DNA of 63,746 nucleotides, counting the filler. It is 9 parts of 9 records of this genome, joined end to end, with 100 filler letters (N's around TTAATTAATTAA, not from the genome) between each part and the next. Parts side by side here need not be neighbours in the genome. Positions count along the whole stretch, not along the records: positions 11,059 to 21,068 come from SRR31156797_15580; positions 21,169 to 26,658 come from SRR31156797_15581; positions 26,759 to 33,856 come from SRR31156797_15587; 6 more parts are not named here. One strand, written 5' to 3'. The notes beneath the pieces were generated by a model. That model saw only the letters and a program-made list of their open reading frames with translations, did not search any database and was not told where the DNA came from. This document shows, piece after piece, positions 19,490-30,671 of the stretch. Position 1 is the first letter of the stretch, and every line of letters begins with the position of its first letter. A program made the translations under genes and the position numbers.

Positions 19490-20419
19490 TTATTCGAATT
19501 TCTTTAGTAATTTTGAATATACTATGTCTGTATTTATAGTGGGTACATTCAGCTCTTTTCCATAACGGATCAATGTGCCCCCGAACAGATCGCCCTCATT
19601 TATCTCTCCTTTTAATTCCACATCCCTCTGGAAAGAGGTTTTTGTTTCGTATGGAAATCCCTTGGCTTTTGAAAAAGAAGATTCTACAATATTGTCATCT
19701 AAAGGAATGACTAACTTTTTTGCAATGCCTTCAATTTCAACCATTATTGACTTTGTAAGTGCACTCAGTTCGAGGCTATCCAATACTTCACCCAGTGTTT
19801 TTTCATACGCAGTTGTTACCAATCCGAACGCAGCTATGAATATATATTTGGACCATATTGATATCTGGACCGGATCCTCCCATTCAAAGTCTATAGACGA
19901 GTCCTTTAGCACGGATAGCAATGCCTCCGGATAAACATCAGGATACATAGGATCCTTTCCCAATGATATTTTGCAACTGCCACCCTTCTGGTAAATAACC
20001 CCGGGACTTTCGATATGTGTCCCGACATAAACGCAAGAAGGAAAAATAACTCCCGTGCTCAGTTGTTTTCTTATCCTTCCATAGATATCAACACCATTGA
20101 GCAATGGAAGAATAAGAGTACCCTCATCGGATATCTTAGCGATTTCATTTGCAGCATTTTCCAGGTCATATGCCTTAACAGATAACACAATAATGTCACA
20201 TACCGGCAGATCATCGACCGTATCCGTACACAATTTAGGTGAGACGCTAATCAGTTCTTCACCTCCTGATTTTTTCAACGTTAAACCCTGTAAATTTATC
20301 GCATCCTTATGGGAACCCCGCGCCACAAAGAAAATATCGTGTTTTTCACTGAATTCCTTTGTAACAAGAGTGCCAAAGTATCCTCCGACCCCACCAACTC
20401 CAAAAAAGCAGATATTCAT
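19490..20419 (-). CDS. panE: 2-dehydropantoate 2-reductase (PanE/ApbA)
   Basis: GVGGVGGYFG, VKAYD, LLNG, WSK, TSFQRD, E motif. Confidence 0.88.
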   Translation of the reverse strand: MNICFFGVGGVGGYFGTLVTKEFSEKHDIFFVARGSHKDAINLQGLTLKKSGGEELISVSPKLCTDTVDDLPVCDIIVLSVKAYDLENAANEIAKISDEGTLILPLLNGVDIYGRIRKQLSTGVIFPSCVYVGTHIESPGVIYQKGGSCKISLGKDPMYPDVYPEALLSVLKDSSIDFEWEDPVQISIWSKYIFIAAFGLVTTAYEKTLGEVLDSLELSALTKSIMVEIEGIAKKLVIPLDDNIVESSFSKAKGFPYETKTSFQRDVELKGEINEGDLFGGTLIRYGKELNVPTINTDIVYSKLLKKFE

Positions 20420-20497
20420 AGCTTGCACCCATTATTTCATACATATCCAATTAGCCACTGTTTTAACATGTAGTAGTAAACAGCAATACAGTCTGAT

Positions 20498-21068
20498 TTA
20501 GATTATCTTCGGACAGATCTCAGCCATTATGCACTCATCACACTTCGGACCTACCGGCCTGCATACATTCTGTCCGAATAACACCATAAGGCCATTAATG
20601 TCCTTCCAGTCCTCTTTCGAGAGCACTTTCTCAAGCTCTTTTTCAGTTTCATCAGGTTCGGATGTTTCTACCAGACCCATACGGTTGGATATCCTGTGAA
20701 CATGAGTATCCACTGCAATGACATCCTGTTCGAAACCATACCCAAGAACGCAGTTTGCGGTCTTCCTGCCAACTCCCGGGAGCTTTAGAAGCTCATCCAT
20801 GCTGTCAGGAACAACTCCATCATAGTCCTGCAGAATGATGCGTGAAATATCAATGATACGCTGGGCTTTCACCCTGTAGAAACCGACCTCCCTTATCAGT
20901 TCCTGTACCTCATCAACATCTGCCTCTGCCATTTCCGCAACGGTGCCGAATACACTGAAAAGTTTCTGAGTTGTTGGAATTGTAACCTCATCACGAGTGC
21001 GCTGAGACAGGACTGTAGATATCAAAAGATAGAATGGATCCTTATTGATGTGGAAATAACCACCGGGA
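20498..21068 (-). CDS. nth: Endonuclease III (5' truncated)
   Basis: LSQRTRD, HhH LPGVGRKTA, VDTHVHR, CRPVGPKCDEC..C 4Fe-4S motif. Confidence 0.93.
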
Positions 21069-21391
21069 NNNNNNNNNNNNNNNNNNNNNNNNNNNNNNNN
21101 NNNNNNNNNNNNTTAATTAATTAANNNNNNNNNNNNNNNNNNNNNNNNNNNNNNNNNNNNNNNNNNNNATTTGACTTAGTTCTAAAAAATATTCTATATA
21201 TATTTTAAAGTTAAATTGTTTCTTTTCTGAATTACCCTAAAAAATACTTTAAATTATTATTCTCAATAAATTGATTTTACAGACTATTTTATCATATTAA
21301 TATTATTTCAAAAAGTATTTTTTACTTTTTTGGTAAAGAATTTTCTGATAGAAGTGATAAGGAATAGAGATGGAGTCAGATTAGAGATAAA

Positions 21392-21431
21392 AAAACCAAG
21401 TAAGTGTAATAAATTACTCTTACTTGGTTTT
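21392..21431 (-). terminator. Intrinsic terminator of the kinase-GGDEF gene
   Basis: AAAACCAAGTAAG-GTAAT...ATTAC-CTTACTTGGTTTT hairpin just past the stop codon. Confidence 0.7.
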
Positions 21432-21436
21432 ATAGT

Positions 21437-24400
21437 TTATAATTCTTCAGCAGAACAAACCTTGTTTCTTCCCTTTTCCTTTGCTTCATAAAGAGCGGCA
21501 TCGGCTTTTTTTATAAGTGTGTCTGCTGAACTTGATAATGATGGAATAGATGAAACACCAAAGCTGGAAGTAACTCTCCTAACAGTTGTAAAATTAAAGT
21601 TTTCAATAAGTTTTCTGAGTTTTTCAGCAAGAAGTTTTGCATCATCTAAATTTGTATTAGGACAAATAATCAGGAACTCTTCACCGCCCCATCGACCTAA
21701 GGTATCTATTTTTCTGGTATTATTTCTTAAAATAGAACTAATTTCCTTAAGGATAATATCACCTATTTGATGACCGTAGTTATCGTTGATTGATTTAAAT
21801 TTATCAATATCAAGTATAATTAATGATAAATCTGTATTATAACGTTTGGATTTCTCAAATTCGTAATCAAGAACCTCGTCAAGTTTTCTTCTGTTAAATA
21901 TTTTGGTAAGCTGATCAGTTACAGACAACTCTTTTAACTCAGAAGTTAATTTTTCAAGCTGCTCGGTTCTTTCTTTTACTTTCTCTTCTAAATTTTCATA
22001 TAACAAAGAGTTTTCAAGCGATATAGCGGTTTGAGCCGCGATTACTTTTAGAGTTTCAACTTTGTCAATTGTGAACGCTTCTGTCATAAGGTTATTTTCC
22101 AGATATATTATCCCCATTAAACGGGCTCTAACAATTACCGGAATACAGAGGATTGATTTTGCTTTACTATCTTTAATAAATAAATCATTGAAAAACCTGT
22201 CATCTGTTACTGCGTTTTCAATTGCAATAGTCTTTTTACTTCTCATAACATAATTTACTACTGCTATAGATAGAGGTGGATTTTCTGTTGAACTCAAATC
22301 AATAGGTTCTATTAATTCAACTCTATCCTCTTTGACATCAGCTTCTGCTTCTATGATTAAGCTGGAATTATTAATTGTTATGAAAAATCCTTTTTCGGCA
22401 CCGGCATTTTCAATTACAATATTCATCATTTTTTTCAAAATATTTTTATGTTTTACTTCACTGGAAATCGCTTGTGATGCTTTGATAATTGAATTAGCAT
22501 CCAGATGTTCAATTGTAGTGAGGATAGTGCTTTTGGTTGTTGTATTCTCATAAACAGTTTCTTTAACTAAATTAGGGTTATTACTCTCTAATATTTGAGC
22601 TTTAATAACTGCACCCCATTGCGTATATAGATAGTGTGCTTCTTTCATGTACATATAGCCGATTTTATCTTTATTAATTGAGTGATAAAGATCAGCTGCC
22701 AATTCACATGCAATTGCTTTATCCTGGGTAAAATCATTATCACCGGCTTGTTTGATCGCTAATTCGAAATGATCCATGGCAAGCAATATATCACCAAGGA
22801 CTTTGTAATTTTCAGCAAGTAAAAGATTGTATCTATGTAGATGATTCTCACTTGAATGATCTGACCAGTTTTTAAATTTTGCTATACTCAGATCTATTTG
22901 ATTACGGTATTTTTCAGGTGTATCTGATTTTAGGAAAGCTAAACTTTGGTAAAAATAAAACTCGGGAATATGGTAGAGAGCAGTAACTCCGCCAATGTAT
23001 TTTTCAGCTTCGAAAGAAAGCTTAACAGCACTTTCATATTTTCTATAGATATAAGCCAACATCATTTCAAAGAAATATATTAGATAGAGACCTGTAACAT
23101 TTTTTCCCTGTTGAATCATTTTATTTTTATCTTCTGCTGTAAATCTATCACCGGCTATTTCCAAATAATTATTATAATTTACTGATAAATTTTCAGCAGC
23201 TTGCCAGAATATTTTGGAGTATTCCTGAAATATAATTACTCCGATTTTTCTAAGCTCTTCAGATGAAAAATCAGCGTATTTTCTATATGAATCAAGGTTT
23301 TCACCTGAGAAGAATAGATAAGTACTTCTTACATGAATCCCTGCTCCGGAATAGAAGAAATCCCCAACTTCCTGACCTGTTTGGAATACTTCATTTAAGT
23401 CCTTAAGAACTGATTTAATATGTAATTTCCAATGATCTATAAATGCAGCAACCATATGCCTGGTTCTCGGTGCAATTCCTTTTGAGTCAAATTTACCAAG
23501 CAGAGCCTTTGCAAGTTTACCATACTCGTACCCAGTCTGAATATCTCCTACAACTCCACATAAAATCAAACCATAAGCTGCATAACCATATAGAGATTCC
23601 AGTGAATTACCATATTTAACAGAGTAATTAAGGTGTTGCAGCACTAAAATAGGCATTAGATTTGGTCTTGCATTATATGCTGATGAGACCAACTCTGACA
23701 AAATGTTCATTGTAGCGAGAGCCTTTTCATCAGTCATTTTAGGTAAATTTAAGAGATCGTCTGTTGATTTGCCTGCGAGTATTTTACCTGTTTCGGCAAA
23801 TTGCTGATGTATCTCCTCCTCTGTAGGGTTAGACGGAATATTAAGCTCTAAATGACTTAGTGCAGAAACTCCGGTTTCAATAGCTTCTATTAATTTTACT
23901 TGTGATGCCAGAGATTTAATTTTTATTTTATAAACAGAAACTTTATCTATCTCATTTTTAGCATTTTTTAATGCAAGCTTTATCCATTTTTCCATGAGAT
24001 CATAATTAGAGATCAAATACGCAAGTTCAATAGCATTAAGATAAAGATCAAAAGTTAAATTATAATCTTTCCAGGCATTTTTTCCGAGTAGACTGAGGCT
24101 TTCATGGAAAAAGATAAATGCAGATTGATACGCAGCAGCAGCTTTAGCTTTTTTTCCTGATTGAATATTCAGGAGAACGAGTTTATCTATCTCCTCTTGT
24201 TTATTTATCAGAGATTTTCCATAATTCAGATGAGTAGTAATATCAATAATATTCTCGTCAATCTTTTCATCATCAAGTTTATTCAGCATAATGTTTCCGA
24301 TTTTATAATGAAATTGTTCCAAATTCTCTTTTTTTATTAATGAATAAGAGGCTTCCTGAATTTTATCGTGTGAAAATTTGTATATTAAATTCAACTCAGT

Positions 24401-26446
24401 TAGAGTTTCTTCCAAATCATTATTATAAGCATCAGTTAAGCGGTGTTTTGGATTAAGTGGAGTAATGATCTCATTTTTTATAAGTTCGTTTATTGCAGTA
24501 ATTAAATCCTTACTATTATATTCAGTTGCTAATTTTAAATTATTAAAATCAAAAATATTTCCAATACATGAAGCATGTTGTACTATCTCCTGAGTTCTAT
24601 TTGGAAGTGTTTTTAATTTACTGATAATAAATTCAACAATATTATCAGAAATATTACTTTTTAGAATCTCATCAAATTTCCAAAACCATCTATTATCCTG
24701 ATGTGAGAAATTAACTAAAAAATCCTCATACCATTTTTTTAATATCTCTTTGACGAAAAACGGATTACCATTAGTTTTTTTCATAATTAACTCAGCTAAG
24801 TCAATTACTTCACGAATATTGCAGTAAAGAGTGTCAGCCAGTAATTCTTCTATATCAAATTGTTCTAATCTTTTTAAAACTAATTCATTTACACAACAAT
24901 ATTTTTTTATCTCTTCAATAGTGTCAATAAGAGGGTGAGATTTGGAAACCTCATTGTCTCTATATGCACCTATAATTAATAGTTTTTTTGTACTATGTGT
25001 GATTATTAAGCTTTTTATGAGTTTTAGAGTGGAACTGTCACACCATTGCAGATCATCGAGAAAAATAATTAACGGATTATTATCTTTTGTTATACATTCA
25101 ACGAAATTTCTAAGAGTAAGCATAAAACGATTTTCAGCTTCTTCAGCAGGTAGTTCAGGTACTTCATTTTGTTTACCAATTATTTTCTCTAAGTCAGGGA
25201 TCAGGTTACATAGTAGAATTCCATTATCGCCAATAGAATCTAAAATTCTGCTTTTCCAATTTATAAGTCTGTCCTGAGGTTCAGTCATTAAAAAATTTAC
25301 AAACTCTGTAAAAGCTTGCTTAAAAGCAAAATATGGTATATTTTTTTGAAATTGATCAAATTTTCCTGTTAAAAAATATCCGTTTTTTTCAGTAATTGGT
25401 TTATGAATTTCATTGATTAATGATGATTTTCCTATTCCGGAATAACCTGAAACCAATAATAACTCAATTCCACCTTCAGAAATTTTATTAAAAGAGTTTA
25501 ATATAGTTCTTATTTCAGACTTTCTTCCATATATTTTTTCTGAGATATGGAATCTGTCTGAGATATCATTTTCGGCGATATTGAAGTAATTAACATTTTG
25601 CTTCATATCGATTAGCTCTATACACCTGTTCAGGTCATTTTTTAAAGAGTTTATATTTTGATATCTCTTCTCCGGTAATTTAGCCATAAGTTTCATAATA
25701 ATATCCGAAATAACTAAAGAGACAGATTTATTTAATGAGTGTGGTGCCGCTGGAGAGAGTGCTATATGCGAGTGTACAAGTTCTCCCGGATCACTATAAT
25801 CAAATGGCAGCTTAGTGGTTAGCATCTGATAAAATGTAACTCCGAGTGAATAAAAATCTGATCTGTAATCTATTTTTTTATTCATTCGACCTGTTTGTTC
25901 AGGCGAAATATGTGTCAGAGTACCTTCTAGATGATTAGGGTTAAGTAAAAAAGTATTCTCTCTGGAAAGTTCTGTGGAGATACCGAAATCTATAATTTTT
26001 ATGATACCGTTTCTTCTGTTCCAAATAATATTACTGGGATTAATATCTTTATGAATAATCATTTTGTCATGAATAGTAGCCAAAATTTCAGTAATTTTTA
26101 CAGCATAAAAAAGAAACTCTTTGATAGAAAGTTTCTCTTGTAATAATATTTCCCGAAGTGATATTCCACCAAAATCTTCTAATTCAATAAAAAGGGTATT
26201 CTCCCATTGAATTAGATCAAAAACGTTTATGATTCCGTCATTGTCAGCAAACTTTTTGAGTATCTCATATTCAAGTTTGAACTTAGCAATATCCTCCGGT
26301 TTTGGAAATGTGTGATTTAAAATTTTTAAAATCACAGCTTTACTATTACTTTGATTAATTGCTCTGCAAATTGTAGAATTTTTACTTTTATAAATCTCTT
26401 CCTGAATAGTATAACCTGAAATCTTAAACACTCTTTTTTCCTCCAA
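21437..26446 (-). CDS. Ser/Thr kinase - AAA/STAND ATPase - helical repeat - GAF - GGDEF diguanylate cyclase
   Basis: HKDINPSN, DFG and SPEQTGR kinase motifs; Walker A GYSGIGKS; Walker B IFLDDLQW; GAF SILCIP..GIIYLEN; RKID I-site and GGEEF. Confidence 0.92.
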   Translation of the reverse strand: MEEKRVFKISGYTIQEEIYKSKNSTICRAINQSNSKAVILKILNHTFPKPEDIAKFKLEYEILKKFADNDGIINVFDLIQWENTLFIELEDFGGISLREILLQEKLSIKEFLFYAVKITEILATIHDKMIIHKDINPSNIIWNRRNGIIKIIDFGISTELSRENTFLLNPNHLEGTLTHISPEQTGRMNKKIDYRSDFYSLGVTFYQMLTTKLPFDYSDPGELVHSHIALSPAAPHSLNKSVSLVISDIIMKLMAKLPEKRYQNINSLKNDLNRCIELIDMKQNVNYFNIAENDISDRFHISEKIYGRKSEIRTILNSFNKISEGGIELLLVSGYSGIGKSSLINEIHKPITEKNGYFLTGKFDQFQKNIPYFAFKQAFTEFVNFLMTEPQDRLINWKSRILDSIGDNGILLCNLIPDLEKIIGKQNEVPELPAEEAENRFMLTLRNFVECITKDNNPLIIFLDDLQWCDSSTLKLIKSLIITHSTKKLLIIGAYRDNEVSKSHPLIDTIEEIKKYCCVNELVLKRLEQFDIEELLADTLYCNIREVIDLAELIMKKTNGNPFFVKEILKKWYEDFLVNFSHQDNRWFWKFDEILKSNISDNIVEFIISKLKTLPNRTQEIVQHASCIGNIFDFNNLKLATEYNSKDLITAINELIKNEIITPLNPKHRLTDAYNNDLEETLTELNLIYKFSHDKIQEASYSLIKKENLEQFHYKIGNIMLNKLDDEKIDENIIDITTHLNYGKSLINKQEEIDKLVLLNIQSGKKAKAAAAYQSAFIFFHESLSLLGKNAWKDYNLTFDLYLNAIELAYLISNYDLMEKWIKLALKNAKNEIDKVSVYKIKIKSLASQVKLIEAIETGVSALSHLELNIPSNPTEEEIHQQFAETGKILAGKSTDDLLNLPKMTDEKALATMNILSELVSSAYNARPNLMPILVLQHLNYSVKYGNSLESLYGYAAYGLILCGVVGDIQTGYEYGKLAKALLGKFDSKGIAPRTRHMVAAFIDHWKLHIKSVLKDLNEVFQTGQEVGDFFYSGAGIHVRSTYLFFSGENLDSYRKYADFSSEELRKIGVIIFQEYSKIFWQAAENLSVNYNNYLEIAGDRFTAEDKNKMIQQGKNVTGLYLIYFFEMMLAYIYRKYESAVKLSFEAEKYIGGVTALYHIPEFYFYQSLAFLKSDTPEKYRNQIDLSIAKFKNWSDHSSENHLHRYNLLLAENYKVLGDILLAMDHFELAIKQAGDNDFTQDKAIACELAADLYHSINKDKIGYMYMKEAHYLYTQWGAVIKAQILESNNPNLVKETVYENTTTKSTILTTIEHLDANSIIKASQAISSEVKHKNILKKMMNIVIENAGAEKGFFITINNSSLIIEAEADVKEDRVELIEPIDLSSTENPPLSIAVVNYVMRSKKTIAIENAVTDDRFFNDLFIKDSKAKSILCIPVIVRARLMGIIYLENNLMTEAFTIDKVETLKVIAAQTAISLENSLLYENLEEKVKERTEQLEKLTSELKELSVTDQLTKIFNRRKLDEVLDYEFEKSKRYNTDLSLIILDIDKFKSINDNYGHQIGDIILKEISSILRNNTRKIDTLGRWGGEEFLIICPNTNLDDAKLLAEKLRKLIENFNFTTVRRVTSSFGVSSIPSLSSSADTLIKKADAALYEAKEKGRNKVCSAEEL

Positions 26447-26632
26447 TCCCCTTATCAGCTAAAATAACCCCGCAGTATAATTATACGCTATAGTTTTAAT
26501 TAAAAAAAGCTTTCAGCTTACATAAAAAACAAAAATAAAGCTGAGCTTTTAAAGCCTTTCAAGTTTATACTTTCCCAATATTAAAAAAATAACAAGTTTT
26601 TTTCTTACGAAAAAACTTGTTATTTTAAATAT

Positions 26633-26658
26633 TATAATGAACTGCAAAAATAATCGCA
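26633..26658 (+). repeat. 26-bp motif shared with 38821-38846 (candidate IS/MITE end), running into the contig break
   Basis: TATAATGAACTGCAAAAATAATCGCA vs TATAATGAACTGCAAAAATATTCGCA, 25/26 identical; preceded by a 17-bp-arm hairpin at 26586-26626. Confidence 0.7.
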
Positions 26659-26758
26659 NNNNNNNNNNNNNNNNNNNNNNNNNNNNNNNNNNNNNNNNNN
26701 NNTTAATTAATTAANNNNNNNNNNNNNNNNNNNNNNNNNNNNNNNNNNNNNNNNNNNN

Positions 26759-27295
26759 AATTCCATATTCACACCAAGCTTGTAAATCCTCATAGCTTTC
26801 AAACTCATAACCAAAAGAAGCAACTAACTTTTGTGTATATTTATCTACTACTATAAACTCTTGTTCACAAGCATAACAAAGTATTGCATCTGCTGTTTCC
26901 AGACCAATACCTTTTTGTTCTAAAAGCCACTCTTTACTAACATTTTCACAAAAAGCTTCAAAAGAGCCAAACTCTTCTAAAATATTTGAAACTATTTTTT
27001 TAATTCTTACTGATTTTTGATTTTTAAAACCACTTGGAGTAATTGCTAAAATAAAGCTATCTAAGTCTACTTCTTTTATAGCTTCTAAAGATAAAAGATT
27101 TTTTTCTCTTAAGTTAGATAATGACTTTTCTACATTTTCCCATTTTGTATTTTGAGTTAGAATTGCACCTAGAAATATTTCAAAAGAGTTTGAGTTTGGC
27201 CACCAAAATTCTGGGTGACCTTCAAGTAAATTTTGTTCTTTTAAGTACTTTAATAAATCAAAGCTATCACTTATATCTACTTTTTCTTTAGTCAA
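26759..27295 (-). CDS. HhH-GPD DNA glycosylase (3-methyladenine glycosylase/MagIII-like; 3' truncated)
   Basis: WWP, GAILTQNTKWENV, GFKNQK, KGIGLETADAILCYA, VVDKYT. Confidence 0.85.
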
Positions 27296-28100
27296 AAATA
27301 GCCTCAGTTTTTATAATATCAGGTTTATCACAATATTTTTTTAGTTTAAAACAATCAACTGCTTTTCCATCTTCAATATCTATAACCATCATTTGAAGTA
27401 TTGATTTACAAGCATTAGGAATAGTAAAGTGTCCACCTAGACCTGTAGTTGCCTTTTCAATTGGAATTTTACTATCCATTCCAATTACATTGTCTCTACA
27501 TCCTGTAAGTCCAATATCTGTTAAGTATGCTGTTCCATTGATAACTTGTAAATCATCAGTTCCAATGTGAGTATGTGTTCCACAAACTCCACTTACTAAT
27601 CCTTTTAACATCATAAAGATAACTCTTTTTTCACTTGTTGCTTCCCCATGAAAGTCAATAAAAATATTTCTTACACCCTTTTCATGTAACTCATCTACAA
27701 GTTTAACTGCCCAGTTAAATGGATTTTCAACTGTTGGCATTGAAAACTGTCCCATTAAGTTTATTACTGCTAATTTTTCATCATTTACATCAAAAACTTT
27801 TATACCAGTTCCTGGAATACCTTTAGGGTAATTGTCAGGTCTTAAAACTGGTTTTGTTTCAAGAAGAGTAAACATTTCACTTTTCTTATCAAAAGAGTGG
27901 TTTCCACCAGTTATAACATCAATTCCTGAGTTTAAAAGTTCTTGACAATTTTTTACTGTTAATCCAAAACCATGACTAGCATTTTCTGCATTTGCAATTA
28001 CCATATCAAATTTATATTTTTCTCTTATATTTTGCAAATGTTGTTTAATAATCTTTCGACCAGGTCGTCCTACAATATCACCTATAAATGCTATTCTCAA
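27288..28100 (-). CDS. ymdB: YmdB/TIGR00282 metallophosphoesterase (2',3'-cyclic nucleotide phosphodiesterase)
   Basis: IGDIVGRPG, NAEN, TGGNH, DFHGEATSEK, GTHTH. Confidence 0.92.
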   Translation of the reverse strand: MRIAFIGDIVGRPGRKIIKQHLQNIREKYKFDMVIANAENASHGFGLTVKNCQELLNSGIDVITGGNHSFDKKSEMFTLLETKPVLRPDNYPKGIPGTGIKVFDVNDEKLAVINLMGQFSMPTVENPFNWAVKLVDELHEKGVRNIFIDFHGEATSEKRVIFMMLKGLVSGVCGTHTHIGTDDLQVINGTAYLTDIGLTGCRDNVIGMDSKIPIEKATTGLGGHFTIPNACKSILQMMVIDIEDGKAVDCFKLKKYCDKPDIIKTEAIFD

Positions 28101-28138
28101 AATAGTCCTTTAATTAAAATAGTTGAAATTGTAGCTAC

Positions 28139-30670
28139 TTATTCTTGTAATTTCAACTTTACATCAAATACTGCACCAACTTCATTGTTATATACTAGAA
28201 TTTCACCCTTATGGTCATCGATAATCTTTTTAGCAATATTTAGTCCAACGCCCATTCCACTATGAGTTTTAGAACTTACAAATGGGTCAAAGATTTTATC
28301 AATAATCTTTTCATCTACTCCACCTGCATTATCAGAAAATCTTACAATTACCTCATCAGCTTCAGAGAAGACATCAATTCTAAGTTCTCTTTGTTCATAA
28401 TCTTTTAAAGTTTTTAAAGCATCTAAGGCGTTGTTTATGATGATAATCCAAACTTGCTCTAACCTTTGCTTTTGAACTTTAGCAAAAACTTCAAAATCAT
28501 TTTTATCAATATTTGTTGGAGTAAACTCTTTATTGTTTAGATATATCTTACTTATTTGTTTTGAAACATTATATGCCATCGTTAAAGAAGTAAATAAAGT
28601 AGCATAAATATTTGTTTTCTCTTTAGCTTCTATTGATGTTTGAGACATCTCTCTCATTGATTCAACAATAACAGCAATACGATTTATCGCATCTTCCATC
28701 TTTTCACAAGAAAACAGCATATTGTTTTTAGTATCTTCATCTTCTAAATCTTCAATATCCATTGTTAACATCTCAAAGTTACCCTTTAAGTATGTCAAAG
28801 GAGTATTAATCTCATGGGTAATTCCAGCAGCTAAAGTACCAATAGAAGTAAGTTTTGCATTTTTAATTTGTTCTTCTTGATGTATTTTATCTTTTTCAAT
28901 ATTCTTTTTAACTTCTTGTGCAACTCTAAACTCTAAGTTATGGTTTAGCTCTTGAAGTTTTCGTTTGTCTTCTAAAGAGTTTGCAACCATAACCATATTT
29001 TTTCTATCTGGAAGAAGATTTAAAGACACATCTAGATATATCTCTTCTTGATTTTTTGATATAAAAACTAACTCTATATTTAAAATAGAGCCATGTTCTT
29101 TTACTTCATTAACAACTTTTCTTAATAAATCAATACTTCCTGCATCTACTAAATCAAATATTTTTTTCTCTATTATTTCATTTTCCGTATAGTTAAAAAG
29201 ATTAAAGAACTTTCCATTAAATCGTTTGAAGTTTCCATCAAAATCAACTAAGGCTATTCCACTATTTGCATTTTGGAAGATTGTATTTAGCTGTTCAATC
29301 TGATAGTTTAACTCGTTGTATAACTTTTCAATTCTTTTATTATCACTAATATCTGTTCTAATATCTGTATATCCAATTAGTTCGCCATATTCATTATAGT
29401 CTGGTTCAATATTTGATTTAACCCAATAATCACCAGCAATCTTTTTAATACTTTGAAGTTCTCCATTCCAAGAAACTGCATTTTCTAAAACTATTTTTAC
29501 CTTCTCATTGAAAGTTTTTGTACTATTTTTATTTAATAAGAAAGTATAGTCTTGACCAAGAAGTTCTTCTTTTTCAAAACCAGTTACCCTTGAAAGATAA
29601 GAACTTATATTTAAAACTTTAAACTCAGTATCAAGTTTTACATACATAACATGTTTATCTAAAAGGGCTAAACTATCATTTAACATCAAACTATTTTTTC
29701 GAATAGAGTCACTTAGAACATTTTTTTCACTCTCTAGTTTTTTATTTATATTTGATAGAGGTGTTGTAAAAAGCATTGAAATTATAAATGAAATAACAAA
29801 CATTAAAAAAGCAATATTATAAAAAGAGTTCTCATATCTATTAAAAAACTCTTTATAGGTGATTCTTTTATTATTATCAACTAAGGTAAAATAGTGTTCA
29901 TTATTGAAAAATATCTGTTTTAAATAGTTTGTATTTGTAACGATAAAACTATCACTAAAGACTCTATTACTAAAGCCTTTTATAATACTTTTAATATCTA
30001 AAGAAGGATTATAGTACTTTGACCAAGAGTTTAAGCCAGTACTGTCATAGATAATATTTAAATCTTTATCTACTAAATATTTTACATCTTTTAATTGTAA
30101 AGATTTAAAAAGCCTACTTATATCATAAGAGATGAAAACTGTTTTATCTTCTGTTTTATATACAAGTTCAATTAAAGGCTTCAAAGGTAGTGTTATCTCA
30201 CCTTTTTTTTCTAAAAGATATGGTTCAGTTATAAAAAGTCTATTCTTTACAATCTCTTCACTACTTAGATAATAATGAATAATAGAGCTTAATACTAACT
30301 CTTTTTTCTCTATCTTATTTTCATTTTTATATAAAGAGATGATATTTTCACCACTATTTTTGATAAGCTTTAAAGAAGTAATATCTTTATTACTTTTTAG
30401 TAAAACCTCTAACTTTGGTTCCATACCTGAAATATCACTATTCTTAACTGCTTTATCTTCAAGTATTGTTTCAATAATAGTTTTGTTTTTTCTAATAAAA
30501 TCATCAACTCTTTCTTGAAAAAGTTCTGCTTTTGTTAAAAAGTTTTCTATATTTTTATGTTCTACTTTTGTTTGAAAAGTTTTATATGTTAAAAATGAAG
30601 TCAATAAAAAGAATATAAACGAAAATACTAAAAATGCTAAAAAAAGCTTTAATGAAAATTGAACCTTCAA
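28139..30670 (-). CDS. Membrane sensor histidine kinase with two PAS domains
   Basis: Two TM segments, PAS domains, H-box AAGITHEINTPL, N-box NNALDA, DNAGG, GMGVGL. Confidence 0.9.
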   Translation of the reverse strand: MKVQFSLKLFLAFLVFSFIFFLLTSFLTYKTFQTKVEHKNIENFLTKAELFQERVDDFIRKNKTIIETILEDKAVKNSDISGMEPKLEVLLKSNKDITSLKLIKNSGENIISLYKNENKIEKKELVLSSIIHYYLSSEEIVKNRLFITEPYLLEKKGEITLPLKPLIELVYKTEDKTVFISYDISRLFKSLQLKDVKYLVDKDLNIIYDSTGLNSWSKYYNPSLDIKSIIKGFSNRVFSDSFIVTNTNYLKQIFFNNEHYFTLVDNNKRITYKEFFNRYENSFYNIAFLMFVISFIISMLFTTPLSNINKKLESEKNVLSDSIRKNSLMLNDSLALLDKHVMYVKLDTEFKVLNISSYLSRVTGFEKEELLGQDYTFLLNKNSTKTFNEKVKIVLENAVSWNGELQSIKKIAGDYWVKSNIEPDYNEYGELIGYTDIRTDISDNKRIEKLYNELNYQIEQLNTIFQNANSGIALVDFDGNFKRFNGKFFNLFNYTENEIIEKKIFDLVDAGSIDLLRKVVNEVKEHGSILNIELVFISKNQEEIYLDVSLNLLPDRKNMVMVANSLEDKRKLQELNHNLEFRVAQEVKKNIEKDKIHQEEQIKNAKLTSIGTLAAGITHEINTPLTYLKGNFEMLTMDIEDLEDEDTKNNMLFSCEKMEDAINRIAVIVESMREMSQTSIEAKEKTNIYATLFTSLTMAYNVSKQISKIYLNNKEFTPTNIDKNDFEVFAKVQKQRLEQVWIIIINNALDALKTLKDYEQRELRIDVFSEADEVIVRFSDNAGGVDEKIIDKIFDPFVSSKTHSGMGVGLNIAKKIIDDHKGEILVYNNEVGAVFDVKLKLQE

Positions 30671-30671
30671 A

